This document shows positions 13,655 to 26,508 of a stretch of 64,000 bases of DNA, piece by piece. Source of the stretch: Octopus sinensis (taxonomy: Eukaryota); the NCBI RefSeq assembly GCF_006345805.1, contig NC_043007.1, positions 15,996,001 to 16,060,000 on the forward strand. The letters are read 5' to 3'. The translations under genes and the position numbers were made by a program. The notes beneath the pieces are model-generated. The model searched no databases and was not told where the DNA came from. It was given only the letters and a program-made list of their open reading frames with translations. The first letter of the stretch is position 1. Each line of letters begins with the position of its first letter.

Positions 13655-13975
13655 TTTTACTCTTTTACTTGTTTGTCATTTTGATTATGGCCATGCTGGA
13701 GCACCGCCTTTAGTCGAGCAAATCGACCCCAGGGCTTATTCTTTGTAAGCCTAGTACTTATTCTATCGGTCTCTTCTGCTGAACCACTAAGTTACGGGAA
13801 CGTAAATATACCAGCATCGGTTGTCAAGCGATGTTGGGGGGATACACACACATGCATATATACGACAGGTTTCTTTCAGTTTCCATCTACCAAATCCACT
13901 CACAAGGCTTTGGTCGGCCCGAGGCTATAATAGAAGACACTTGCCCAAGGTGCCAAGCAGTGGGACTGAACCCAG
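13655..13975 (-). mobile_element. tRNA-derived SINE family A
   Basis: (TTTTACTC)n tail, 'ggccatgctggagcaccgcctttagtcgagc', internal CA/TA tract. Confidence 0.8.
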
Positions 13976-14193
13976 AAGCAATTTCCTGCCCCTGAGTAAA
14001 AATGACATTGCATTTGTGTAATATCACATAGTTTCCTTGCACTTACTTACATCATGTTAATATTCCACAGAATGTAGAGCCAAACAGGGACACATGACTA
14101 TCCCAACCAAATAGTTCCGGGTTCAGTTCCACTGTGTGTGAATTTTAAACAAACAGGCAAGGTGAAAATATGAGATAACTCGCTTACCTTAAT

Positions 14194-14561
14194 GGAAGCA
14201 CTCCGTCGGTTACGACGACGAGGGTTCCGGTTGATCCAAATCAACGGAACAGCCTGCTCGTGAAATTAACGTGTAAGTGGCTGAGAACTCAACAGACACG
14301 TGTACCCTTAACGTAGTTCTCGGGGATATTCAGCGTGACACAGAGAGTGACAAGGCCGGCCCTTTGAAATACAGGTACAACAGAAACAGGAAGTAAGAGT
14401 GGGAGAAAGTTGTGGTGAAAGAGTACAGCATTTATCACCACCATCCCCTGCCAGAGCCTTGTGGACCTTTAGGTGTTTTCGCTCAATAAACACTCACAAC
14501 ACCCGGTCTGGGAATCGAAACCGCGAGTCCGCTGCCCTAACCACTGGGCCATTGCACCTCC
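14194..14561 (-). mobile_element. SINE family C
   Basis: Near-identical to 6727-7108; TSD aactcgcttacc. Confidence 0.85.
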
Positions 14562-15014
14562 CCAACTCGCTTACCAACTACATGGTGGAACACTACTTGG
14601 GTTGGATCTACAGTTTATATTGGTTTGGGTACATATGTGTATATAGACCTGTCTATGTGTATTTGAGAAAGGATCTTCAGACGTTGGCCCTTACAGAGGA
14701 GATATCAGGGAACTGACACTACTTGCAGTTTGCTATGCATGAGAAGGTACAAGCTAAGTAAAAGTGTGGTTACCTGCAATACAACCAGTGTTGGTGTGTT
14801 ATGTCCCTGTAACGTAGCAGTACAGCAAAAAAGACCAATAGAATAAGTATCAGGCTTAAAAAGAAAATAAGTACTGGAGTCAATTAGTTCAATTAAAATT
14901 CCTCGTGGCAGCAGTCTAATGACTGAAACAAGTAAAAGACGAAAGATAATAGTCTAAGAATAATGAAATAAACCTGGAGATGGCTCCTTTCTTAAATCAG
15001 CGGAATTTAAACTA

Positions 15015-15375
15015 TATACTCTTTTAATTGTTTCAGTCATTTGACTGTGGCCATGCTGGAGCACTGCCTTTAGTCAAGCAAATCGACCCCAGGACTTATT
15101 CTTTGTAAGCCTAGTACTTATTCTATCAGTCTCTTTTTGCCGAACTGCTAAGTTACGGGGATGTAAACACACCAGCATCAGTTGTCAAGCGATGTTGGAG
15201 GGACAAACATACATATATATACGACGGGCTTCTTTCAGTTTCCGTTTACCAAATCCACTCACAAGGCTTTAGTCAGCCCAAGGCTATAGTAGAAGATATT
15301 TGCCCAATGTGCCACGCAGTGGGACTGAACCCAGAACCATGTGATTAATAAGCAAGCTACTTACCACACAGCCAG
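15015..15375 (-). mobile_element. SINE family A
   Basis: Family A consensus motifs. Confidence 0.8.
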
Positions 15376-15512
15376 ATATTTCTTATATGAAACAATATTG
15401 TTCTTTTTTTGACTATAATTTTCTACAATATATTTGGCTCTGTTGTTTAAATCCAGGCCAGCCTTGATTGACCAAGACCATGTATGATTCAGGACAGTGA
15501 TATATAATACAA

Positions 15513-16085
15513 AGGCGGCGAGCTGGCAGAAATGTTAGCATGTCGGACGAAATGCTTAGCGGTGTTTCGTCTGCCGTTACGTTCTGAGTTCAAATTCCGC
15601 CACGGTCGACTTTGCTTTTCATTTTTTCGAGGTCAATAAATTAAGTACCAGTTACGCACTGGGGTCGATATAATCGACTTAATCTGTTTGTCTGTCCGTG
15701 TTTGTCCTCTCTATGTTTAACCCCTTGTGGGTAGTAAAGAAACAGGTATTTCGTCTGCCGCTACGTTCTGAGTTCAAATTCCGCCGAGGTCGACTTTGCC
15801 TTTCATCCTTTCAGGGTCGATAAATTAAGTACCAGTTGCATACTGGGGTCGATGTAATCGACTTAATCCGTTTGTCCCCTCTATATTTAGCCCCTTGTGG
15901 GTAGTAAAGAAATAGGTATTTCGTCTGTCGTTATGTTCTGAGTTCAAATTCCACCGATGTCAACTTTGCCTTTCATCCTTTTGGGGATCGATAAATTAAG
16001 TACCAGTTGCATACTGGGGTCGATTTAATTGACTGGCCCTCTACCCAAAAATTTCGGGCCTTGTGCTTAGGGTAGCAAAGAATAA
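15513..16085 (+). mobile_element. SINE family B, tandem trimer
   Basis: One 5' head followed by three 'atttcgtctg...ttctgagttcaaattcc...aagtaccagtt...ctggggtcgat' units. Confidence 0.8.
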
Positions 16086-16361
16086 TACATAATACATACT
16101 TCCAAGACAACAGTGTGTGAAATGATAGTTAGCTGCTATTTCTGATAAGTTAAGCATATCAGTCCCCTAGTTGGCTGTGATTTTGCAAACGTTCAGATTT
16201 TGTTTAATTATTTGCATATGTACATAAATAATTGTGAGTTTGATTCAAACACAAGTAATAACATTTGTATATTAACTCATTAACTGCCAATTTTTTTTAT
16301 TCGTATGTTTTGGCTTTGCCAGGTGTCTTGGGAGTTAAATTTTATGTTTAAATTTTCTTCA

Positions 16362-16727
16362 TATACTCTTTCACTTGTTTCAGTCATTTGACTGCGGCCA
16401 TGCTGGAGCATTGCCTTTAGTCGAGCAACTCGACCCCAGGACTTATTCTTTGTAAGCCCAGTACTTATTCTATCGGTCTATTTTGCTGAACCGCTAAGTG
16501 ACGGGGACATAAACACACCAGCATCAGTTGTCAAGCAATGCTAGGGGGACAAACACAGACACACACATATATATACATAATATATACTACAGGCTTCTTT
16601 CCACTCACAAGGCTTTGGTCAGCCCGAGGCTATAGTAGAAGACACTTGCCCAAGGTGCCATGCAGTGGGACTGAACCCAGAACCATGTGGTTGGTAAGCA
16701 AGCTACTCACCACACAGCCACTCCTGT
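16362..16727 (-). mobile_element. SINE family A
   Basis: Family A consensus motifs. Confidence 0.8.
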
Positions 16728-16954
16728 GAATTATTCTGGAAATTATAAATTTTTCAAAAAGTCCCAAATGGGGGTCGCTGAAAAAAGGCATGTTTATCCT
16801 TTTCTATTCAATTGCAATAATAAACATTTTAGTATTTTTGAAACTATAGTATTAAATGTGAATGTGTATGAAATATCAATGAATAATATAGATTGGAAAT
16901 GCAAAAAAAATTTTAATTTTCAAATCCGTCAATATTTTTGTAGTTCAAAAATTG

Positions 16955-17829
16955 CACCATGCTACATGGCAGTGAAACATGAGCCGTGACTGCTGAGGAT
17001 ATGCGTAAGCTCGCAAGAAATGAAGCGAGTATGCTCCGATGGATGTGTAATGTCAGTACTCATACTCGGCAGAGTGTAAGTACCTTGAGAGAAAAGCTGG
17101 ACCTAAGAAGCATCAGATGTGGTGTGCAAGAGAGACGTTTGCGCTGGTATGGTCATGTGGCGAGAATGAATGAAGATAGTTGTGTGAAAAAGTGCCACAC
17201 CCTAGCGGTTGAGGGAACCTGCGGAAAAGGCAGACCCAGGAAAACCTGGGATGAGGTGGTGAAGCACGACCTTCGAACTTTAGGTCTCACTGAGGAAATG
17301 ACTAGAGACCGAGACCTCTGGAAGTGTGTTGTGCGCGAGAAGACCCGGTAGGACAAGTGAGTCCATAACCCGTGGCCTTCTACATGGGATGGAGCCAGCC
17401 TACGTATGCATACCTTCCCTTCTTGGGACACAAAACTCTACTTGTGAAGACCTGTTGAGGCAAGTGAGGATCAGAATCGAAATCGATCAATGGAAATTGC
17501 AGATGTGTTACCAGTGCCGGTGGCATGTAAGAGAACCATCCGTTCGCGACCGTTGCCAGCGCTGCCCCGACTGGCCTCGTGCCGGTGGCACATAAAAAGC
17601 ACCATCCGTTCGTGGCCGTTTGCCAGCTTTGTCTGGCACCTGTGCGGGTGGCACGTAAAAAACACCCACTACACTCACGGAGTGGTTGGCGTTAGGAAGG
17701 GCATCCAGCCGTAGAAACACTGCCAGATCTGACTGGGCCTGATGAAGCCTTCTGGCTTCACAGACCCCAGTTGAACCGTCCAACCCATGCTAGCATGGAA
17801 AACGAATGCTAAACGATGATGATGATGAT
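16955..17829 (+). mobile_element. 5'-truncated RTE-clade LINE (ORF C-terminus, 3' UTR, (GAT)n tail)
   Basis: LHGSET*AVT...EASMLRWMC...RRLRWYGHVARM...GRPRKTW...DRDLW is the typical post-RT RTE C-terminus; ends in taaacgatgatgatgat. Confidence 0.85.
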
Positions 17830-17884
17830 ATAAAATGTCCTCTAGAGTTAGCCAGAGCTAATTATGACACTAACTACTAAATAT

Positions 17885-18095
17885 TCTTTTCTACTCTAAG
17901 TACAAGGCCCGAAATCTTTGGGGAGGAGGGGACAGTCAATTAGATCAACCCCCAGTATGCAACTGGTACTTATTTATTGAAAAGATGAAAGGCAAACTTG
18001 ACCTTGGTAGAACTTGAACCCAGAACATAAAGACAGGTGGAATACCGCTCAGCATTTTGCCCAGCGTGCTAATGTTTCTGCCAGCTTGCTGCCTT
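17885..18095 (-). mobile_element. SINE family B, degenerate
   Basis: Family B core. Confidence 0.65.
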
Positions 18096-18379
18096 TTTAA
18101 CTAATTATTGTTAAACACACTTCTGCAAATGCACATAAGCAATTCACTTAAAATACAATGAACAACTGGCAATGAGACTGTTTTAAACAGATCCTTAAAT
18201 GGGGCCCATGGCAAGAAATGGGTCAAACCCAATTTACAGATGAATATCAATTAGATAAAAGTAAAAGAGACAGTAGCAGAGGAAGAGTTCATCTTGTAAA
18301 GGGATTTGGTTAAAGAGAATGATGATTGGAGTGTACAGAATATAAAACTATAAAGTTACTTGTTGGTTTCATTCATTAG

Positions 18380-18601
18380 CCCTTTTGCTACCAAACCGGC
18401 TGAAACCGGTTGTGGCTCTGTAGTACAAATGTCTTGTTTTCATAAGTTTTGAATTAAAATCTTCCACCAAACCTTTGTCACAATTTATATTCCTAACACT
18501 AGCTGAATGATAACTAAGTTATTTTACTAAATTCTTTGTTATATTTAAAATTAATTGAAAGAAACACAGAGTATCTCAAAATAAATACAGTAACGAAAGG
18601 G
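18380..18601. mobile_element. piggyBac-like MITE
   Basis: CCCTTT...AAAGGG termini flanked by TTAG/TTAG; highly similar to 19253-19472. Confidence 0.7.
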
Positions 18602-19252
18602 TTAGAATGTGACCCTTGAGCTATCACCTCCAAAGAAGTTGTGACATTTTTCTTTTTTTTAAAGACGTTTGGCTGCTATTTCTAGCATGTTGAATGACAG
18701 TATAGAACACCCCCACTGACTCAGGGAAGTAAAGGTAGTCCAGATAAACAGAACATAGATGAAGCTAACAAAATAAGACAGTTAAGTGATTTTTTTTTTG
18801 TCTTTTACTGTTTAAAATCCCAAAATTGATTGAATTTTGATAACATTTGCATATTTCAGCAATTTTAGCCTCTAAGTAGTTTCATTACATTTTCTACCTT
18901 CATTATTGAGGAAAATTAATTTTTTGGGAGCTAAATTAGTAGGGAGTGGAAATGTACATACTATCTGCAATACCTAAGGAAATACTTAGTTTGGATCCTT
19001 AGACCATTGCGTTCTACAAAAAATGTCAAAGGGCCAGGCAGTAGTGTTACAACAGACATCTCCTGCCAAAAGATACAGTCCCATGCAAATATTTCCACAG
19101 TTTCCAGCCATCAAAGTTCATTCATAATGCTAGGATTAACCAGAGGTTTTGATAAAGATTTTTACCCAAGGTGTTATGCAGAGTGGGATCGGACCCAGAG
19201 TAATAGAATTGCAAGTGTAAGCATACAATCGTGCCTGTCACCCTAATATTAA

Positions 19253-19472
19253 CCCTTTCAATACCAACCCAGCTGAAACTGGCTCTGGCTCTGAGTACAA
19301 ATGTCTTGTTTTCATAAGTTTTGAATTAAAATCTTCCACCAAACCTTAGTCACAATTTATGTTCTCAACACTAGCTTAATGATAACCAAGTTATTTTACT
19401 AAATTCTTTGTTATATTTAAAGTAACTGAAAGAAACACAGAACATCTCAAAATAAATACAGTAACAAAAGGG
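19253..19472. mobile_element. piggyBac-like MITE
   Basis: TTAA TSD on both sides; CCC...GGG termini. Confidence 0.8.
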
Positions 19473-19651
19473 TTAAGCTGCTTCATTAAATATCTAGCTG
19501 TACTGAGAAACATAAGGGTTAGACCAAAAGTCATGCACAAAATAAGTTCAATATTCTCCAGAATTGTCAAAGATGTGCTTCAATTTTCCTAAAAGTGAAT
19601 AAAATAAAATAGCATTGAATACATGTATTTGTACATAATGAACAAAATGAA

Positions 19652-20060
19652 TGAGTGGCTGTGTGGTAAGTAGCTTGTTTACGAACAACATGGTCCCGGG
19701 TTCAGTCCCACTGTGTGGCACCTCGGGCAAGTGTCTTCTACTATAGCCTCTGGCCAACCAAAGTCTTGTGAGTGGATTTGGTAGGCGGAAACTGAAAGAA
19801 GCCTGTCATATATATGCATGTATGTATGAGCATGTGTATATGTTTGTGTGTCTGTGTTTGTCCCTCCAACATTGCTTGACAACTGATGCTAGTGTGTTTA
19901 CGTCCCCATAACTTAGCAGTTCGGCAAAAGAGACTGATAGAATAAGCACTAGGCTTAGAAAGAATAAGTCCTGGGGTCGATTTGCTTGACTAAAGGTGGT
20001 GCTCCAGCATGGCCACAGTCACATGACTGAGACAGGTAAAAGAGTAAAAAGAAAGAGAGT
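19652..20060 (+). mobile_element. SINE family A
   Basis: Head gagtggctgtgtggtaagtagcttg...; tail agagtaaaaaga. Confidence 0.8.
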
Positions 20061-20189
20061 ATAGAGATATTTGTATTTGGAAATACAATTTAGCACAAAA
20101 CTCAAGATTTTAACACACCAGTAATATACTAACTAAACTGGTTGTCAAAATCAAATAAGTTGGTCTATCCAACTTAGTACTTGATTAAT

Positions 20190-20485
20190 ATTGACATCAT
20201 TGTGTTTGGAGTGGTCACTAGTGATGGCGACATTATGCCTCCATTCATCATCCTACATAATGTGCCTGGAGGAGGTAGTGCCTCCCTGGGTCAAGAGGGA
20301 GGCTGCTGGAAGACCCTATGTCTGGCAAGAGGACTCTGCACCATGCCACACAAGCAAGATAATCCCATCATGGCTATCAGACATTTTCTGTGACCACCTC
20401 ACCCCTAACATCTGACCACTTAACTCCCCAGACTGCAACCCCCTTGATTATTATGTGTGGAGCGCAGTTGAGTGAGAGACCAACA
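20190..20485 (+). pseudogene. Inverted duplicate of the maT transposase catalytic-domain fragment
   Basis: Near-identical reverse complement of about 20820-21145, including the same W-to-stop codon. Confidence 0.75.
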
Positions 20486-20550
20486 ATATTGAGCGATATT
20501 TCCTTGAAGAGATATGAAGGGTATTTGATCACTTATCAGATCCCAATATA

Positions 20551-21832
20551 CAGGGTGCATTGAATAAATTGTCATCTGAATTATGCAAAAATGAAAATAA
20601 CACTGATATCTCATTTTAAGATATATTTACCAAAATTACAAAAAAATATTTTGAAATTCTAAAGGGTAAATTTATTCAATAAAACCACCATTGGCTCCAG
20701 CCACGGCCTCCAGATTCTTCAAAATCTCCAGCAAGTCTTCTGGACAGTCTCCTTGTTTAAGATGGTGAATGCTGCCATAATCTTTGCCTTCAGTTTATCT
20801 TCGGTGTTACAAGGAGTTTTGTTGGTCTCTCACTCAGCTGCGCTCCACACATAATAATCAAGGGGGTTGCAGTCTGGGGAGTTAAGTGGTCAGATGTTAG
20901 GGGTGATGTGGTCACAGAAAATGTCTGATAGCCATGATGGGATTATCTTGCTTGTGTGGCATGGTGCAGAGTCCTCTTGCCAGACATAGGGTCTTTCAGC
21001 AGCCTCCCTCTTGACCCAGGGAGGCACTACCTCCTCCAGGCACTTGATGTAGGCCTCCATGTTGAGTTTGAGGCCATGTAGGATGATGAATGGAGGCATA
21101 ATGTCGCCATCACTAGTGACCACTCCAAACACAATGATGTCAACTGGACATTTGATTTTTATCACTCTCAGTACATGTTTTGGGGACATGGCAAGCCAAC
21201 GGTTGTTTTGTGTTTACCATCTGATCCTGGTAGAAATTTTTCTCACCTGAGGAAAACCAAAGTATGTTCACTTGGAGGGGATGTTTGAGTTTGTTCAAAA
21301 GCTTCATAGCGTGGTCCTTCCTCTTGTCCTTGACAGCTTGAGATAAAAATTGGCCATTTCTCAACTTGTATGAGGAATGCCAAATGTTTTCATGCACTAT
21401 CTACTTGATAAACTCAGACACTCTCGTATCCCGGACAATGGACCTGATTGACTTGGCGGGATTGCTGGCAATCATGTCCTGGATCTTGCTGACAAATTCA
21501 GGAGTTCTTTTCATATCAGAGTGAGTTTTCTGAGTTGCCATACCTTTGTAAACACCATCAGACTCATCCAACACTTTTCGAATCCTCTGCAGTGTTGTGA
21601 TTGACATCCAAACACTCTGAAATGTACAGAGCTTCTGGCATGAATGCCAAGCAGTACAGCATGATGTTTCCAAATTTCTGGCAGAGGGAATTGTGACATG
21701 GTGCTGTTTTTCTCACAGACAGTGCCCAACCGACCCTACTATACTGTGTAGTCGACAAAACCCAAAGCAAACAAGGCACATGTGTGAAATTTAAAAAATA
21801 TAAAATGGTGACAATTTACCCATTGCACCCTG
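20551..21832 (-). mobile_element. Decayed Tc1/mariner element, DD37D (maT) family
   Basis: TIRs CAGGGTGCA(A/T)TG...AAATTGTCA with TA flanks; fragments VFGVVTSDG and WQEDSAPCHTS...SPDCNPLDY with 37 residues between the second and third Asp; frameshifts and stops. Confidence 0.85.
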
Positions 21833-21974
21833 TAGATTGGAACTGGTTCAAGTGACCCTTCTTTCTGTCCTTGAATGCTTGAACACTGCAAAAATATTTT
21901 CTGTGGTGTAAAGTATAGCAAATATTTATTCATATCACTATTATGTATTAAATAACAGTAAAGTATTATATATG

Positions 21975-22290
21975 TGCAGGCATGACTGTGTAGTCAGAAG
22001 TTTCTCAACCACATGGTTCCAGGTTCAGTCCCACTGTATGGCACCTTGGACAAGTTTCTCCTATAATACCCCCAGGCCAACCAAAGTCATGAGTGGATCT
22101 GGTAGACATAAACTGAAAGTAGCTCATCATATATACATCTGCGTGTGTTTATCCCCCGCCACTGCTTGACAACTAGGGTTGGTTTGTTTACATCCCTGTA
22201 AATTAGCAGTTCAACAAAGGAGACCAGTAAAAGTACCAGACCTGTTTGATCTAACCTTTAAAGGTGGTGCCCAAGCTGCAGTCCAACGAT
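21975..22290 (+). mobile_element. SINE family A, degenerate
   Basis: Diverged family A motifs. Confidence 0.55.
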
Positions 22291-22334
22291 TGAAGAAAAA
22301 AGTATGTTTGTATGTGTATAGATAGAGGGAGTGT

Positions 22335-22620
22335 GAAGGCGTGTGGCTTAGTGGTTAGGGGCATTCGGCTCATGATCGTAAGGTCGTGAGTTCAATTCCT
22401 GGCAGCACATTGTGTCCTTGAGCAAGACACTTTATTTTACGTTGCTCCAGTCCACTCAGATGGCAAAAATTAGTACCTGTATTTCAAAGGGCCAGCCTTG
22501 TCACATTGAAGAACTATGTTAAGGGTACACAGGTTTGTGGGTTGCTCAGCCTCTTACAAGCAAGCTGTTCCGTTGATTGTATCAGCTGGGACCCTCTTCG
22601 TCACAACCGATGGAGTGCTC
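22335..22620 (+). mobile_element. SINE family C-related, degenerate
   Basis: Head 'tgaaggcgtgtggcttagtggttaggg...gttcaattcc'; body 'tacctgtatttcaaagggccagccttgtcac'. Confidence 0.65.
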
Positions 22621-23373
22621 TTCAGATAGAAGGAGTGAGGTAAAGTTTGCAAACCAATCATGTGGATTCAGGTTTAGTCTCACAGTATGACACTGGGCAA
22701 GTGTCTTCTAGTCCCAGGCTGACCAAAGTCCAATGAATGAATCTGGTACATGAAAACTAAAAAACAAAACAAAAAGCCTGGTGTATGTGTATACATATCT
22801 GTGACTCTTTGTCTCAGCATCACGTGTTAGTTGTAAACTAGTGTTGTTGTCACATAAGTGGTGACTTTTTATTTTTCCAATCTTCCATGAAAATAGGTCA
22901 TGCCATATTACCTCGCTTGGAAATAAGTAGGGGTCGGTAACATGAGGAACATCACCAAAGAAATTCTGCCTCCAGTTAATCTCTGACTCGTGCAAGAATG
23001 AAAAGTTAAAACAACGATGGTTATATACACATTTTTCTCATATATATACAATACACGCTCACCCTGCTAGAAATAACAGCTATTCTTACAACTCAAAGGC
23101 AACAGAGCATGAGATAAATGTAACCCTAGAAAACACTGACTGAACTATGAGACAGCACAGTCATGGTTGGAACGCCTTGCTTCATAAGTCTGCTCAGTCA
23201 AAGCTAGCCTTGAGGTTAACCAACAAAAAAGCTAAAAAAGAAAGTTTTTTTTTAAATGTCAAGTTATTTAAAACGAAATTAGTAGAATCCGCATATCTAT
23301 AGCGGCAAATTGTACACAGATCTCACAATGTATCAATGTTTTAATTTTCCCTACGGAAGAGAAGAAAAATCTG

Positions 23374-23772
23374 GGATCTTCTCGGTTTGAACGGCAGTTT
23401 TTTCTAGCGGTGTCATATGAAATTGTCGCCCATAATTATGACCCTAGTATCGATCTATTGCATTTCAATCTGTTTTAGGGTTGGGGGGAAGGGTATCTTT
23501 TTTTCTTCACAAATGTAAATAAATCCAATCTGATTTTGAAAGGAGGGACATATTCATATGGCACAGAATGTTTTTTTTCACCTCAATAGACATCAGTGAT
23601 TGGTTGAAATTGCAGAAAATAAAGAATAGATATCTTACAAACTATAGAATTTTCTCAATAAAACCAAGAGGAAAAGATGTTTTATAAACACATTCTACCA
23701 GTATACGAAGTTTAAAAGTGTTTAGTTACCTACAAATTATGTTAAAAACTGCCGTTCAAACCGAAAAGATCC
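23374..23772 (+). mobile_element. Merlin-like MITE family M1
   Basis: TIRs as above; exact 8-bp TSD aaaatctg. Confidence 0.85.
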
Positions 23773-25264
23773 AAAATCTGGCTTTGAACCGATCCCTTTT
23801 TGGGGGTCAAGTGTTATCCTGCACTCCTTAATTATGAATTAGGCAAAAGTAAAGAGTACGTATTCTTTACCTCGGCCATAACTTATAACGATGGCAGTAG
23901 ATAACCTTCCACCGCCACCACATTCATAAATATAGACAGACTGAGGCAAGAAACGGTGTCACCGCCTGCTAAGCAGCTGATAGTAGTTTTAAGTAAGTAG
24001 TAGCATTGGTGTTGTAGTAGTTTTAGCACACATCGAAGAGACGGATGTCTGGATATCCAAGAATCTAAGTTTCCAAAGAGACAAAATTCTTTAATGTAAA
24101 ATAAAGTAGGTCTTTTGCAGGAAATAATATACATTAGGGGTAAATAAGTAGAAGGGAGAAAAAAAAAAACTATGAGGAAACTACCGGAAGTGAGAATACT
24201 AAACTGTAATTAAATAGGATGGGATAGCCACGATGGAAACGCTTTTTAAAAACCGAACTTATAAAGAAAAATGTATTCTGTTTAAAACGTTATGAAAGCG
24301 AAAATTAAAAACTGTTAAATTTCAACATTCTAACTAACGCTAAGAATGGATATTTGAGCAGATCTATAATTAAAGGCATTTGATGCCGTTGCCATCCTTT
24401 CACTTTTTTTTTTCCCAGACATAATAACCAATTTGTCCTTTTATTTAGTTATTGATTTATTTATTTAAGCATTCAGAACTATAGTGTAATGACTTGAAAA
24501 ACATTTAGCTGCTATTTCTACCTATTTAAGAGACCACATAGAAGTTCGGTGGTTGGCTTTAGTAATGTGATTGAAGCCAAACAGAAAAGATCCGGGGGGG
24601 GGGTGTAATTGGGTTGTGAGTTCAAATTCCGCCGAGGTAGATTTTGCTTTTCATCCTTTCGAAATCGATAAATTAAGGACCAGTGAAACACTGTGATCGA
24701 TGTAATCGACTGGTCTCCTCCCTCAAAATCTCAGGGCTTCTGCCTTTAGTAAGAACAGATTATTAGGCAATCCTTCGTTTTAACTCGACAAAACAAAACC
24801 CAAACACACAACATTTATATTTTAGTGTCAGTGACCAACACCGTAGATGTTCACGTCCAATCTTCGTAATGTTTGTACAGCCCATATGACGAAATAAAAG
24901 AAAAGTGAAAATACCTTATACGTATCCATTTTAAACGGTTATTACGACTTTTCTACGATGTAATTTGATACTAAGGTAGGTATCCAATTTAGCGTGGAGT
25001 TAACACTCATTGCTAACCTACGGTCCTTGAACATCGATTTTTCGGATTTTTGTCAAATGTTTTGAATTCCACGTTCGTTTGTTCACTCATGTGTCGTTTG
25101 CTTATGAAGTGTATTAATTACATTCTGGTTTAAATTTATAAATGCATTTCAATTTGTCAAAAAATCATATTTTAAAAACTAATAAAGCTATTACAAAATA
25201 CTCGTTATTTACCAAATAAATAGAGTATTATATTGAAATCCATTACTGCTTCTTTAAGTGCTTT

Positions 25265-25540
25265 TTAAGATAAAGAGTAAAGTTGACCTCGGCGGCATTT
25301 GAACTCAGAAAGTAAAGACAGACGAAATACCTATTTCTTTACTACCCACAAGGGGCTAAACACAGAAGGAACAAACAAGGACAGACAAACGGATTAAGTG
25401 GATTACATCGACTCCAGTGCGTAACTGGTACTTATTTTATTTAATCGGCCCCGAAAGGATGAAAGGCAAAGTCGACCTCGGTGGAATCTAAACTCAGAAC
25501 GTAGCGGCAGACGAAATACTGCTAAGCATTTTGCCGGTCG
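25265..25540 (-). mobile_element. SINE family B, partial dimer
   Basis: Family B core. Confidence 0.7.
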
Positions 25541-25774
25541 GAATAAGTTAGGAAATGAGTGTTAATGATATATCCCTGTTAAAAAGCTGGACTTAAAGAC
25601 AGGATCGAATAAGACAATTCCCATTACTACAGAATTCAATGAATTCTGACCGTCGATTGAGAATTATTTGAATTCAAAATTTCAAAAAGAATCTTGATCA
25701 ATACCCACTTATCTCATCACGTGCATTTGTTTACATTAAATTGCTATTGCTAATTTTTTTTACACAAATTAAAT

Positions 25775-25921
25775 AAAATGCAAAGTAAATACTTTTTTAA
25801 ACTAAGTAAATAAATTATTTTTATAAACAAAGGTTAGGGTTAAAAAGTCGTTGTAGGATTGACTACTTACGACTAGCTGGCGCGAGTGCGCGCCCCGGGA
25901 CCACTGTTCGCTAGTAGTACC
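25775..25921. mobile_element. Half copy of MITE family M2
   Basis: Right TIR 'gcgcgagtgcgcgccccgggaccactgttcgctagtagtacc' preceded by ggttagggtt. Confidence 0.7.
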
Positions 25922-26508
25922 TATATTTTTTTTTAAAGTGTATATATCAGCCCCTAGTGTAAATAATCTAAATTATCGCTGTCGTGGTTTCTAGGAAAAG
26001 GAATGTGTTGATATGAGACTACAACAGGTAGAGTGTGTCATGGCAATGTGTAATCAACAAACAATCAGCTGAGTTTAAGTACACAAATACATGCAAAGTG
26101 GAATGTAGGTAGGATTTGGTTTAGGTTATCGCTTAAAAGGTGTGTGAGCGAGTGTAGGGGGTAATTACATTAACCCAGATAACATCTAAACAGGCCTCAT
26201 TAGAACCAAATTAACAAAAATACATAAACAACGAATATCATTTGATTTGTAATGATTTTTTTTTTTTTTCATTCATTGAAATAGAATAGAAACTTTATAA
26301 TTTGATTAGTAATTATTTATAAAAATATAATCAGTTAATTTTTCTTTGGCAGTGGTTTGTCTGTGAAATATTGTTTTTTTGTTGTTTTTGTTTTATTAAA
26401 TAAGTTTGTTTTGTTTTTTTTTTTTTTTTTATGATTCTCCGAAAAGATACTGAAATAAATGTTTTCATGGAAAGGGAAATCCCAAAAGATAATAGCTACA
26501 GGTGTGTT

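Noticed and set aside
13340-14610. Minus-strand splice-like signals as exons of a gene starting near 23879
   Set aside because: The larger candidate exon has stops in all three frames; the 33-nt candidate is too short to support.
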